Shown: one piece after another, positions 23,816 through 36,514 of the stretch
Numbering within the stretch: position 1 is the stretch's first letter
Layout: the number at the start of each line of letters is the position of its first letter
Origin: Scyliorhinus canicula
Lineage: Eukaryota
Assembly: GCF_902713615.1 (NCBI RefSeq)
Contig: NW_024056011.1
Coordinates: 186,001-250,000 of the forward strand
Length of the DNA: 64,000 nucleotides
Direction of reading: 5' to 3'
The notes under the pieces: generated by a model
Databases searched by the model: none
What the model was told of the DNA's origin: nothing
The model's input: only the letters and a program-made list of their open reading frames with translations
Made by a program: the position numbers and the translations under genes

Positions 23816-24689
23816 CCCTCACCTTAAAACTCCATTCTCCTATGACTGATCTTTTATTCCCAATATGACCCATTCTACTTGTTTGCCCAACAATCCCATT
23901 TTTCTCAAACCCGTGGGACTCTCTCTATTTCATTTCTACTTTTGTAATTTAGCACAATTTCCTGTTCAGTTACCTCACGGGGCCACTACCTGCCTATTAC
24001 CCCTCCTATTTAGGCTGTAGGCAGTTAGTTTGGCCAATGAGAAGCTCTTCTCCTCAGAAACTCCGGTATTACCACCACAACAACATAGGCGTTTTCTCAA
24101 CACTCCTTCCACTTGATAGACTGATCCCTAAAATAAAATTGTCTTTAAAAAAAATGAAGTCGATATTCCGCCTAAGAAACCTGGGACATTGACTTTTTTC
24201 CAAGGATCACTTGGTTCCCTTTGTATCATATGAAACTAACTATATAAGAAGTAGCATCGACCGTAGATCAGTTGACCCTTCGAACTTTCAGTAAGATCAC
24301 AGTTGATCAGATTGCGGCCGGAGGTCTAATTTCCTGCCTGCCCTTCAGAAATGGGAACTCGTTTGAAAATCAGAAGTTTTCTTGGAGATCGAAAACAACC
24401 TCGGCGTTTTCTTTCCAATGAAGGACAGTTGAAAATGTTCACCTTGAAAAAGTGTCCATGACGGGAAGTGAGAAAGGACAGTTCCTGAATTCAGTTTCTC
24501 GTATAATACCAGGAATTATCCGACTGGTTTGGAACCATTTGCCAATGTTTCTGACAAACTGCTGGATCGAATTAAATAATTATCTGCAATCAGTCATGCT
24601 TTATTAATAACTGTGTAATTTACAATGAAATGCATATCGAAAGCTATCACTCGATTACAATAATAGTCTGTCTACTAATGTTTGTTTTG

Positions 24690-24820
24690 TGAGTGGCTGT
24701 CTGTGTGTGTGACTGAGTGTGCATGTCTTTATGTTTGTGTGAGAGAGTGTATATGTCTGTTTGAGTATGTGTATGTATGTGTGCATGTGTGTGCTGTATG
24801 TGCGTGCGTGCATGTGTACT
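24690..24820. repeat. Degenerate (TG)n microsatellite
   Basis: TG/TGTA/TGCG-rich run. Confidence 0.85.
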
Positions 24821-25124
24821 TTATTGCCTTCCGTTAGGCGGATGATATAGCTTCAACATCTGCGTGGGCGTTTGGAAGCGTTTATATGAGTGTCTCTAAT
24901 TCTATTTCCCGGCGTCTGAAGTTACGTTTATTTTACCAAACCGTGACGCAAGAGGGCGCTACTAGATAATTTGTGAAATATTTTTTACCGCAAACAATTT
25001 TCAATGTGCGTAAATCACTTCCAATTTATCAAGGCGTTTTGTGTACTTTTGTTAATTCTGATCGTGTGCGTCATGGACACGTTATTAAGTTTGGAATTAT
25101 TAATGGGCAACATTAATGGGCTGG

Positions 25125-25297
25125 TTCAGCTCACTCGGCTAAATCGCTGGCTTTTAAATTAGACCAAGCAGGCCAGCAGCACGGTTCGATTCCCGTACCA
25201 GCCTCCCCGGACAGGTGCCGGAATGTGGCGACCAGGGGCTTTTCACAGTAACTTCATTTGAAGCCTACTCGTGACAATAAGCGATTTTCATTTTCAT
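25125..25297 (+). mobile_element. Short SINE with (TTTTCA)n tail
   Basis: GGGCTGGTTCAGCTCA head, GGTTCGATTCCCG B-box. Confidence 0.85.
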
Positions 25298-25735
25298 TTT
25301 TCAAAATCAGGAATTGCTTCAGTTTCACTTCGTCAAAGTTCGCATGAGAGAGAAGAAAAGTGAGCAAGATAGAAAGTGATAATGGCAAAAATGGATGGTG
25401 CAGGGAGAGAGAGACAAGCACATGGGAGGAGGGAAGAGGGAGAGAATGAGAGATTGATCGCAAAACTCTAAACAGACGGTCAAAAAGGAGAAAGATACCA
25501 CAACAAGTTTAGCCACACGAGGTAGTGCACACATATATTGAAATGTAATCCTGAGCCTCTGCTTGAGTGCCTGTATGAGTGTGAGTGAACAGCCAATCCT
25601 CTTCCTGAGCAGCAGGAGCTCAGATTCGTAATAAGCGAAGCTTTCCTCGTTTTCTGGTCACTGTTTAACATCAGTCTGTAACATTCGGAATGTTTAAAAC
25701 ATTCTGTTTGTCAGCTGAAATCTAAACCATCTACC

Positions 25736-26125
25736 AGGTTTCTCCTCTGTCCTTTCCCTATAATCATGGTCGTACTGCTCAGTGAGTGGATTGTCAAGTC
25801 GTTTCTATGTTCCATTGTTTTCAATTACTCAAACGTCTGACACATGCTGGTCTTTGTTTAAGCAATTACGGGAACGGATTCAATGTCCCAGGGTCTACCT
25901 GAATTAATTATTAAGGAAGTACAGACCGTAACACCGAACTGCAATTACTGTCCATTGGATAGCTATCCTTACGGTTCTGGTACATTCGCTTTCTGTGGAA
26001 ACTCCGAGATGCTTACTGATGATACTCCAGAATTCCAAGACCAGTTTTCTGCCGGTTTCGAACCGGACAAGAAAACAGTTCCTTTACATATCTGTGGGCT
26101 GAAGCGCAGTCAGTCCGTACCAAAA
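25736..26125 (+). pseudogene. Family B V pseudogene (related to the V at 11854)
   Basis: 46-nt leader with AGG in place of ATG, then A|GTGAGT; TTTAAG| at 25862; DSMSQGLPELIIKEVQTVTPNC, frameshifted FWYI, FSAGFEPDKKTVPLHI. The YxC and heptamer are deleted, leaving a nonamer-like ACCAAAACC. Confidence 0.8.
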
Positions 26126-26432
26126 CCGACAAGGCACTCTGTTTCCCTCTCATTGAATCGGATCACGAAGTGAAGCTCAGATTCATATCTCGGATCATAT
26201 CAACTTGTAAAGTAGCTGTCAGCAGAACCCAAACTGAGTGGCATTGCCAGACATGCAGCGCTGTTGAGAATCAAAATGAGCCCTACAACAATTACACTGT
26301 AGAAGCCAGAAAGGTGTATTTGGGAATGTTGATAACAAAGTGAAGCTGTGAGGGAGTTTCAGCATTGCTGTTCCGCCCAAATCAGGAGAGTGCGCATGCG
26401 TCAGAGCATCCGTCTCAGGAACGTAAGACTGC

Positions 26433-26470
26433 AGTCTCTGTGACGTCATTCTGAAGTCTCTGTGACGTCA
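26433..26470. promoter_or_regulatory. Tandem CRE (TGACGTCA x2) in a 16-bp direct repeat
   Basis: AGTCTCTGTGACGTCA at 26433-26448 and 26455-26470; CRE-like decamers are established TCR V promoter elements. Confidence 0.55.
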
Positions 26471-26719
26471 GTCTGTCGGTGTTTTGTAAAGTCAGAGCGT
26501 CAGTTTCCTGCTCCGCGAACCTGATCTGAACATCAAACCCAGTTTTTAGAAGAAATAAACAAATGATAAGGAGCAGGGAAGAATAATTAACCGGTAGATT
26601 AATTTTGTGCTGTAACTGCCTGTCATGTTGAAGTCTAGTTTTTTTTCAGCCGCTTCAGGAACCCGGATCTTGACGATTTATTCAAAATTAGGTTGAGACT
26701 GCTTTCCATCACATTTCCC

Positions 26720-26990
26720 TCAAGCAGAACGCAGTAATAGACGTGGGGCACGTCAATAAGCTGCCGCCCCTTGAAGCTCAAGTTGGTGAATTTAATCGGT
26801 CTCGAATTCTACCAAGAAATGTGGTTAGCCAAAACTTGGATTTACGCACCCAGACTTTCCGCAGTACGAACTTGCGCTGTGTATCTGGATGATATTGGTG
26901 CCAGAATAAATAATAAAGCAGATATTGCACATACATACTATAGTTTTCTCTTCTGCAAATGTCTTAAGATCTAAGGGCAGCGACAGGGAC
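26720..26990 (-). pseudogene. TCR V pseudogene
   Basis: Minus strand YLFWHQYHPDTQRKFVL, then after a frameshift FTNLSFKGRQLIDVPHVYYCVL; no intact RSS. Confidence 0.65.
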
Positions 26991-27601
26991 ACAGAACCTT
27001 TATAACTTGTATCTCAAAACCATTTTGGTTTTAACATTTTGCTCTCTATTCGCTCTTTAAAAAAGAAGGGTTGAATATTTGAACACTGGTTCTGATCCCA
27101 CCATCAATAATCTGCTGAAAAGTTTTAGGATTCTATCATCCGACTGCCATTTGCTCGCAGTGCGGTTGTGAAACGGATGAATAGTGAAGTGACTGCGAGT
27201 GAATAGAAACATACCGAGCTCGGGCCCGTGTATAGTGCCGTGTACATCTTGGGGGCTGGTTCTGTCGGAGGAGATGGGTGAGAAGAAAAGCTTTCTTTAG
27301 ACACCAGACAGAAACTCCGGGCTATGAAAGTTGGTGGAAAATATTATAGGTTTAAAAAGATACTCCTAAAGGCCACGAAAATGAGGGAAAGTGATGCATG
27401 TGGCGTGCTTTAACACTCGATGATCCTAACTTGTGAAATTCAATCTTTCCACGAAATAAAATCCAAAAAACTTTGGAGAATTATTTACATCCCCAGAGCT
27501 ATATAGAACATAGAACAGTACAGCACATAACAGGCCCTTCGACCCTCGATGTTGTGCCGAGCAATGATCGCCCTACTCAAACCCACGTATCCACCCTATA
27601 C

Positions 27602-28113
27602 NNNNNNNNNNNNNNNNNNNNNNNNNNNNNNNNNNNNNNNNNNNNNNNNNNNNNNNNNNNNNNNNNNNNNNNNNNNNNNNNNNNNNNNNNNNNNNNNNNN
27701 NNNNNNNNNNNNNNNNNNNNNNNNNNNNNNNNNNNNNNNNNNNNNNNNNNNNNNNNNNNNNNNNNNNNNNNNNNNNNNNNNNNNNNNNNNNNNNNNNNNN
27801 NNNNNNNNNNNNNNNNNNNNNNNNNNNNNNNNNNNNNNNNNNNNNNNNNNNNNNNNNNNNNNNNNNNNNNNNNNNNNNNNNNNNNNNNNNNNNNNNNNNN
27901 NNNNNNNNNNNNNNNNNNNNNNNNNNNNNNNNNNNNNNNNNNNNNNNNNNNNNNNNNNNNNNNNNCCACTCCCCNNNNNNNNNNNNNNNNNNNNNNNNNN
28001 NNNNNNNNNNNNNNNNNNNNNNNNNNNNNNNNNNNNNNNNNNNNNNNNNNNNNNNNNNNNNNNNNNNNNNNNNNNNNNNNNNNNNNNNNNNNNNNNNNNN
28101 NNNNNNNNNNNNN
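27602..28113. other. Assembly gap or masked N run with a 9-nt island (27966-27974)
   Basis: N bases; the left edge is inside a SINE. Confidence 0.99.
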
Positions 28114-28453
28114 TCAGAGAGTCGAAAATAAAATTCCTCTCAAATTGCCGTTTCAACGAATTCACCAGCCAAGGTACAGTGAAGGGACCCGGTGGCGAGA
28201 TGTGGAGACAATAAGGTCGGAGACACGATGAGAGATAAACGAACAGATAACAACAGATAGAGAGAATCAAAGGATTATAGTGAGAAAAAAGCATAAAGTA
28301 GATGCAGTATTTGAAAATGGGAAGAAAAATAAGACATAAATAATAATATATTAATTCATTGAGAAAATTATATAATCAATTGACTATAACACAACACGTG
28401 TCAAAATAAGTTACTTCACTGCGTTTTAAACATATTTTAACATTAGTTCCTGG

Positions 28454-30208
28454 ACATGACTGGAAAGGGATCCACAAATGGAACCTCACCAGCCTGACGG
28501 AGGAAGTTAAAAAGGACCTGCAAAGATGGAACACACTCCCGCTCTCCCTCGCGGGGAGAGTTCAGACGATCAAAATGAACGTACTGCCCAGGTTCCTCTT
28601 CCTGTTTAGATCCATTCCGATCTACATCCCCAAGGCCTTTTTCAAAGCGCTGGACAAACTCATCATGGCGTTCGTATGGGGGGGTAAAAATGCTAGGATC
28701 CCAAAGAAGGTCTTACAAAAAACAAAAACCAGGGGAGGGTTAGCCCTCCCGAATCTACAATTCTACCACTGGGCAGCAACAGCCGAGCGAGTAAGGGGAT
28801 GGATCCAGGAGCCAGAAGCTGAGTGGGTGCGTGCGGAGGAGGCCTCCTGCATGGGAACCTCCCTCCGGGCCCTCGCCACGGCAGCACTCCCATCCCCACC
28901 CAAAAAACACTCCAGCAGCCCAGTGGTGACAGCCACCCTCCAATCCTGGAACCAACTGCGGCAGCAACTTGGCCTGACCAAAATGTCGAACAGGGCTCCC
29001 ATCTGCAACAACCATAGGTTCAAACCAGCACTGACCGACGCCACCTTCAAAAGGTGGAGGCAGGACGGGGGAACACTGACAGTCAGGGACCTATACACGG
29101 ACGACAGGATCGCAACACTGGACGAACTGACAGAGAAATTTCAGCTAGCTGGGGGGAACGAGCTACGGTACCTGCAGCTCAAAAACTTCCTACGAAAGGA
29201 GACAAGGACGTACCCACAACCGCCACGACAGACACTACTGGAAGACCTACTGGACGCAAGTATCCTAGAGAAAGGGAACTGTAGTGACATGTATGACCGA
29301 CTGGTAGATAGGGACGACACCGTACTGGACGCAACAAGGAGGAAGTGGGAGGACGACCTGGGGATGGAGATAGGGTGGGGACTCTGGAGCGAAGCACTGC
29401 ATAGGGTCAACTCCACCTCCACGTGCGCAAGGCTCAGCCTGACGCAACTAAAAGTGGTACATAGAGCCCACTTAACAAGAACCCGTATGAGTCGGTTCTT
29501 CCCGGAGGTGGAAGACAGATGTGAGCGGTGCCAAAGAGGCCCGGCCAACCACGCCCACATGTTCTGGTCTTGCCCCAGACTTGTGGAGTACTGGACAGCC
29601 TTCTTCGAGGCTATGTCCAAGTGGTGGGGGTGAGGGTGGAGCCATGCCCGATAGTGGCGGTCTTCGGGGTTTCAGACCAGCCAGATCTATTCCTGGGGAG
29701 GAGGGCGGACGCCCTTGCCTTTGCCTCCCTGATCGCCCGCCGTAGAATCCTGTTTGGCTGGCGGTCAGCAGCACCGCCCAGAGCTGCGGACTGGCTGTCC
29801 GACCTCTCGGAATCTCTCCAAATGGAGAAAATCAAATTTGCCATCCGAGGGTCGGACGACGGCTTCCACAGAACGTGGGAGCCATTCATGCAACTGTTCC
29901 GGGACCTATTTGTGGCCAATGTACAAGAGGAAGAATAGTCGGGGGAAGGTAGCGGGAGGGGGGGGGGGGGCTACAGGTTCGTTACGGGGGTTCGATGGCT
30001 AGCTAAGGCCCAAAACCAAGCTAAATAAACATGTTGAGGGGGGGGGGGGCGCAGTTACTACTACGAAGATGCTTACCTGTAAATATGTATGTTAATTTTT
30101 GCGTGTTTGGTTTTTTTTTTTTTTTTGTTTTGTCTCTCTCTCCTAACAATTTGTAATTTGTTCAATATAAAATATGAAAACTGAATAAAAACATTTATTA
30201 AAAAAAAA
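28454..30208 (+). mobile_element. 5'-truncated L1-clade LINE (ORF2 C-terminal part), poly-A, 15-bp TSD
   Basis: ORF 28575-29633 (NVLPRFLFLF...GGLALPNL...C-x2-C...HMFWSC), frameshifted into 29528-29938; AATAAA plus poly-A; AACATTAGTTCCTGG at 28439-28453 and 30209-30223. Confidence 0.95.
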
Positions 30209-31599
30209 AACATTAGTTCCTGGGTATATTCACCTGCATTAAATTCTAAGTTCTGCAGCTAAATTCAAATGTATGTTAATACATGTATGTTAAATTACAA
30301 GCTTTCAGATACTAAAATGCCAGCATAATCCCCGTCCGTGGCATATCCCACGAACAACACAGAGATCATTTCTCTGAGTGCCATAGTAGAATCTTAATCA
30401 AGCTCGACTCCATTCACCACCACCCTAGCCCACCACCTCCCCTACCCTTCCGGCAGCCCAGTTCAGTTTATTTTAGTGATCGAGGACTGAAATAAATAGA
30501 ACATCTCATCTGCATCCAACCTTGTTATTCTTCCAGAGAACAGCTTTCAGGACAATTACTGATTAAACAGTCGCTGAGGTCAATTAAAGATCAAATTTTG
30601 TTGATTTTTACCGTTCTGTTGGTGATCAGCGAAATGTACGGTTAGATTTTCAGCCTCTGCAATAAACACAGACTTGTGGTTACAGACATGATATCAGGCC
30701 AATCAGACGCAGCTCTCGAGGCGATGTTCCTGTCATATGTTCAGCAGGAAGTGGCTCCAGTCAAGCTTCTGCCAATGGACTCTGTTTTTGTTTAATTTTA
30801 CAGTTTTCTGAGATGAATAAAATATCTCTGAAAACAATGTCGCTCTCCGTTCTCAACATGGTCTGGGTTTATATCAGTTACGTAAAATTTTTCATCTTTT
30901 ACGAGTTTCTCTCTGTTGTAATAAATGTGACAAAATGGGAAACCTTGAGGAGTAAAAATCTATATCCACTCTGGGTTCTGATCGATTGCGAGCATTTCTG
31001 TCTTTCCTTACCAGTCGAACATGGGGACACAAACCACAATAGAAACAACACACCGCAATGGATAAATTCCAACCATTAAGGAATGTTGTACAGACTGGCG
31101 TCCCCTCCTTAAGTTGAGGGGAAAGACTCAGAAGTGACCTGATGACTGCTGTAAACTGAGTGAAGAATTTCGAATGAGAGCGACTTGACAAGTCGTTAAT
31201 ACTTATGGAAGATTCTAAAACTAACATGCATAAATATAGAGATCCAACATGATCCAATCTGGAATTCGAGAAAAATTCGAGAAAACTTTCATCACCGCTC
31301 TTTCTCCCTCGCCTGCTTACCTATTGCCCTATGGCGTCTTCACCAATCTCAACTGGCTCCTTGTGAGTTCTACTTTCTAAACCACTCTCCCGATAGTTAG
31401 GTAAGCAGGCGAGGGAGAAAAGAGCCGTAAAAACTTTCCTGATTCACCGAGATGAAGTGGAAGGAACATGGACCAGTTCAGCTGAAATAGGTTCTTTGCG
31501 CTGGAAACTCTTCTAATTTATATAACACTAACTGACTTTGTACCTTCAGTACAATTCAGTTGAAGTTTAATCGACGATTTCCGCTTTCATATGTGCTCA

Positions 31600-31758
31600 A
31601 GGTCTGGCGATGGAGATTCTGTGACTCAGCGGAATCCTCACTGACACAGACAGAAGGAGAGATGTCACTTCAATCAGTACCTATACCGACGATGCTTATT
31701 ATTTATTCTGGGACCGTCAATACCCAGACAGGACTGCCTGAGTTTGCGGTCCGGAAGG
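31600..31758 (+). pseudogene. TCR V pseudogene 5' half, truncated by a repeat insertion
   Basis: GDGDSVTQ / LTQTEGE / YTDDAYYLFWDRQYPDRT / PEFAVRK in shifting frames; typical TCR alpha/delta FR1-FR2. Confidence 0.75.
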
Positions 31759-32290
31759 CACACAGTAAGAAGTCTTACATCACCAGTTTAACGTCCAACA
31801 GGTTGTTTCGAATCACCAGCGTTCGGAGCACTGCTCCTTCCTCGGGTAAATGAAGAGGTGGGTCCCAGAAACATATATATTGACAAAGTCAATGAGGCTA
31901 GACGATGCTTTGAATGCGAGCATTTGCAGTAATTAAATCTTTACAGGTCCGGAGGGAGCAACTGGTGAGAGGGATAGTCACAGGGTGAAAGAGGTGTGAA
32001 TTGTCTCAGGTGAGGACAGTTGGGAGGATTTCGCAAACCCAGGCCAGATCGGGGGTGAGTGCAATGCGACATGAATCCAAGGCACAAGGGTGGCGGTGCT
32101 GAGTTGACGGCGGATTTCGCTCAGGGCCGATTTTCTGATGCAGCCCAGCAGTCAACAAGTTGTATCGATCGACCATCTCGGAGATGCGGCTGCCTGACAC
32201 CCCCCCCCCCCCTCACCACCCCTCCCCCCACCGTGGCTATTACCGGCTAGGAGAGCCGCAACTGAGAGGAATGAGTAAAAGTAACTCCCA
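31759..32290. mobile_element. Interspersed repeat relic (possibly Penelope-like)
   Basis: The CACAGTAAGAAG...GTCCAACAGG...TTCGGAGCACTGCT end recurs at 34400-34490; the class assignment is recall-based inference only. Confidence 0.45.
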
Positions 32291-34899
32291 ACATGTCCAC
32301 AGAACAGATGGTGGATTTGAACAGAGGGATTTTAAACTGACTTGTTTTAGTTCAGACTCTATGCCGATTGGCTCATTCCTGACAGTCAAAGGTGACACCC
32401 AATCAGCTCACAGTTCTTTTGTTCTGCAAGGAACAGAATCCCGACAGTACAGAAGGAAGCCATTCTGCACCCGTACAGTCTGCACCGTCCCTTCGAAAGA
32501 CCGTCCTATCTCGGGCGAATTTCCATACTCTTCCTGAAACTCCACCCTAAGGGGCATGGTCCCTTAGCATGGTTAATCCAGCTAACCTGCACATCTTTGC
32601 TCTGTGGGAGGGTAGCAGAGCGGGAAACCCACGCAAACACGAGGACATTGTACAAACTCCACACGGACAGATACCCGAGGTGTGAATCGAACCCGTGTAC
32701 CTGGCGATGAGAGGCAGCAGCGCTAACCTACTATTCACCTTGCCGCCCAATCGATTAACGTCCATTTGTTTCCCGCCAATCTACGACGTCAGGCAATGAA
32801 TATCGAACCACTGGAAATGTTCCCACAACAGCTAATTGCACAGAAGACAGAAGATGATAAGAAATATGATTTCGCGTGGGCCATTTGGTTTTTCTAACCT
32901 GCTCCGCCATTCAATAGATCCTGATTGGTTGACCTGACATTCAACTTCCTGAGCTATCCAAAAATTCCTTATTACCTTATAGTCAACAAACCCATCAACA
33001 TCTGTTTTTAAGGAACTCACCAACTGAACAACGACAAATGTCTCAAGGAATAAGAATAAGGCGGGCATTAAACGCAATGTTGTTTCATTATCAAGGTGGG
33101 GGTGATTCACCCAGACAGCGGTCAATGTTCAAGGCAACTCATCAAAAGCTCATTGTAGTTTTGGTGCTGAAAGTTACGGAGATTCCATGTTTGAAGGAAT
33201 TCCATCGAACTTTTCTCCCTCCATCAGAATGCTTCATTGGAGAGGAGGCACTGCAGAGCAATGTGGCCAATGCGTGTTTTTGCTTTTCGGAATCGTAATG
33301 GACATTGGCTGTTTTAGTCATCTCTATACCTTTGTCTGTTTTTCCTTCCACTGTCGATACATTTGATTTACACTTACCAATCTGCTGTTGTATTCGCTTG
33401 ATTGATTCTCTTCATCGATCCTAATCTATCTACATCTTCAGCTGTATTTATCCTCCTGTAAAACTTTCAAAAATAGCTCCGATTCTGTCAACTTGTGTCT
33501 ACTTTCAATGACTTGCCTATGAGCATTGGCGCTGTCTAGGTGAATCACCCCCTGCCTAATAATATTTATGAGAATGGATCCAGAGATAAGCAACTAGCAC
33601 TTTTATTCACGAAGATAGATTTGAGAAGTAGCGACTGCTGCCCTTGATGAGCAGGTTTAAAACGCGATCTGAGAGAGGTATTGCAAATCATGCGGCTTCT
33701 AGACAGAGTAGATATGGAGGAACAGTTCCCATGGGTGGGAGGATCGAGTACCAGAGAGCACAGATTGAAGGTAATTGGGAAAGGAATCATGGAGCCATGA
33801 GAGAAACATTTTCACCCAATCAGTGGTTAGGATGTGGACTGGACTGTTTGAATGCGTGTGCGTGTGTGTGTGTGTGTGTGGGGGGGGGGGTCAACGGATG
33901 CTTTCAAAGGGTAATTGGATTGTTATCTCAAATGGAAAAATCAATGGTAGTTTACAGAGAAATGAGTGGTATAGATAATCGCCCCTTTATTCGGCCAGCA
34001 CATGCATGCCTGGTGGAAGGCCTTCTCTGCATTGAAAACACCCTCTGACTATGTTTTAAAGGGGCGGCAGTGGGTTAGTTTGTAATGCCACTGGGCTAGT
34101 AATTGGATGTCCAGCCAATTCCTGACGCCATGTGTTCAAATCTTACAAAAGCTGAAAGTTGAATTTTAAAATATAAAATGGCACAGGAAGCTAATCAGTT
34201 CATGGGGAACCGATGGTGAATAAACGTTGGGTCTAGCCAGTGAGGCCCAAAGCCCATGAAATATTTGTTTTTTAATGAGAATTGTAATAATAACGTTTGG
34301 CCATTTGGTGGCAGTGACACCGTGATGTGCTGACATTACATGAAGCACAGATTGTCTCAATTATTGAGACAATGGCCCGGTCTGTGTTCAAATTAAACGA
34401 CACAGTAAGAAGTGTGACACCACGTTAAAGTCCAACAGGTTTGTTTCAAACACCAACCTTCGGAGCACTGCTGCCTTCCTCAGTGAATGAAATTAAATGA
34501 CATCAAATTAAACGAGACACCATATTAGCTAACTCAGTAGGTTAGACAGCTGGTTTGTGATGCAGAACCTGGCCAACAGCACGGGTGAATTCGTACTGGC
34601 TAACGTTATTCCTGAAGGACTTGCCTTCCCAACCTTGCCCCTTGCCTCAGGTTTAATCATCACCAGCTAGCTCTGTCCCCTCAAAAGAGGAAAGCATCTA
34701 TGGTCATCTGGGACGATGGCGGACTTTATCTATTAAGCTCGGCCACCTTTCTGATTTTATGATAAAGAGCCCAGTTATTACTGTACTCTGCTGAATCCCA
34801 GCTGTTAACAGTTGAACCAAGGCCCTCCTTATATTACACCCAGCATTCAGGAAGTTACAATAGCACTGAATCATACCTCGGCTAATATGAAAATGGTCC

Positions 34900-35560
34900 C
34901 TGGCCAATTGTTACTTCACGAGACCCCAGTCTCCACTAATACTAAACCTAAACATGTCCCTGTTTGTATTACATGAGGCTCTGTCTCAATTATACTTAAA
35001 AATAACCTGCCACATTCCTCAGCATAGTGGTCTGGGCCAAACCATCTTTAGCTGCTTTATCAATGATCTTCTTTTACTCATAAAGTCAGAAATGAGGGTG
35101 CCCTCTGTTGACTGCACAATATTAATCCACCATTTGCGACCCCTCGCATACTGAAGCAGCCTATGAAGAATGCAACAAGATCTGGACTATATTCAGGTTT
35201 GATTGACAAGTGACAAGTGCAGGCAATGACCAAGAGAGGATCAAACCATCGCCACTTGACATTGAATGGAATTACTATTGTGGAATCCCCCAACATCAAT
35301 ATCCTGGGAGTGACCATTGACCAGAAACTAAAATCGAATATCCCAATAAATACGGCGTCTACCAAAGCAAGTCAAGTCTAGGAACACAGGATAAAACAGC
35401 CTCTTTGATTGATATCACTTCCACAAACCTCCAATCCTTCAACCACCGACGAAGAGCGTCAGATTATGTAACATATACAAGATGTACTATAGAAACTCAC
35501 CACGGCTACTGAGGCAGCGTCTTCCAAACGTCCGGACACTTCCATCTTGTAGGACAACAC
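34900..35560 (+). mobile_element. Old CR1/L2-type LINE fragment
   Basis: GPTIFSCFINDL-like RT motif (ORF 34954); similar to 62170-63110 and, in reverse, to 41760-42060. Confidence 0.65.
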
Positions 35561-36165
35561 TAGAAATACGCATGTATTTGTGATCATAATCGTCGAAATA
35601 TTTTGAACATTAATAAGTGGAATAGGTCAAAGATAATGCAGGCATCAGGAGCAAATTCCGATGTGACAGGAATACAGATTCCATAAATAATAACAGAGAA
35701 TTAGAGCATTAAAACTTGAATGGCGGCGGACTATTTGTACATACATTACCGAAGCAGCGTTTTTTGCCCACTCTTATTTTAGGAGACGCAATTAAAATAC
35801 CTAAGACATTGCTGATATGAACGTGCACAATACAGGGCCTGATGCAATTTAATAGTTACAACCTGCAGTGCAGGACTGAACACATCTCTGGATCGAGTCT
35901 GATGCTGACACAAGAGTAGCTTGGTGCAGCGAATCAAGTTGGCATCTCAAATATCCGTTGTCTGTGTGAGAGACAGCGAACATTGACACAACAGCAAATG
36001 GGTTTCCCAATGTTGAATTAGAGTCAGGCACCATTGCAATGTGAACTGGATGAAGCTAGTGTTAGGCAGATAAAACTCGAATTTGCTGGAATTTCTCTGC
36101 ATGTCAGTCAGAATCTGAGGAGAGAAACAGAGTTCACGTTTCATGTCACTGACAGAACATCAGCA

Positions 36166-36514
36166 GGGGGCAGCAGGGTAGCATGGTGGTTAGCATAAAT
36201 GCTTCACAGCTCCAGGGTCCCAGGTTCGATTCCCGGCTGGGTCACTGTCTGTGCGGAGTCTGCACGTCCTCCCCCTGTGTGCGTGGGTTTCCTCCGGGTG
36301 CTCCGGTTTCCTCCCACAGTCCAAAGATGTGCGGGTTAGGTGGATTGGCCATGCTAAATTGCCGGTAGTGTCCTAATAAAAGTAAGGTTAAGGGGGGTTG
36401 TTGGTTACGGGTATAGGGTGGATACGTGGGTTTGAGTAGGGTGATCATGGCTCGGCACAACATTGAGGGCCGAAGGGCCTGTTCTGTGCTGTACTGTTCT
36501 ATGTTCTATGTTCT
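36166..36514 (+). mobile_element. Full-length young SINE nested in an older repeat, 7-bp TSD
   Basis: ATCAGCA at 36159-36165 and 36515-36521; near-identical copy at 42243-42590. Confidence 0.9.

Noticed and set aside
27473-28294. ORFs of 130-250 aa
   Set aside because: They run through Ns.
31759-31797. CACAGTA heptamer at the repeat junction inside a V relic
   Set aside because: No nonamer at 12 or 23 nt; the motif is part of the repeat end, also present at 34400.
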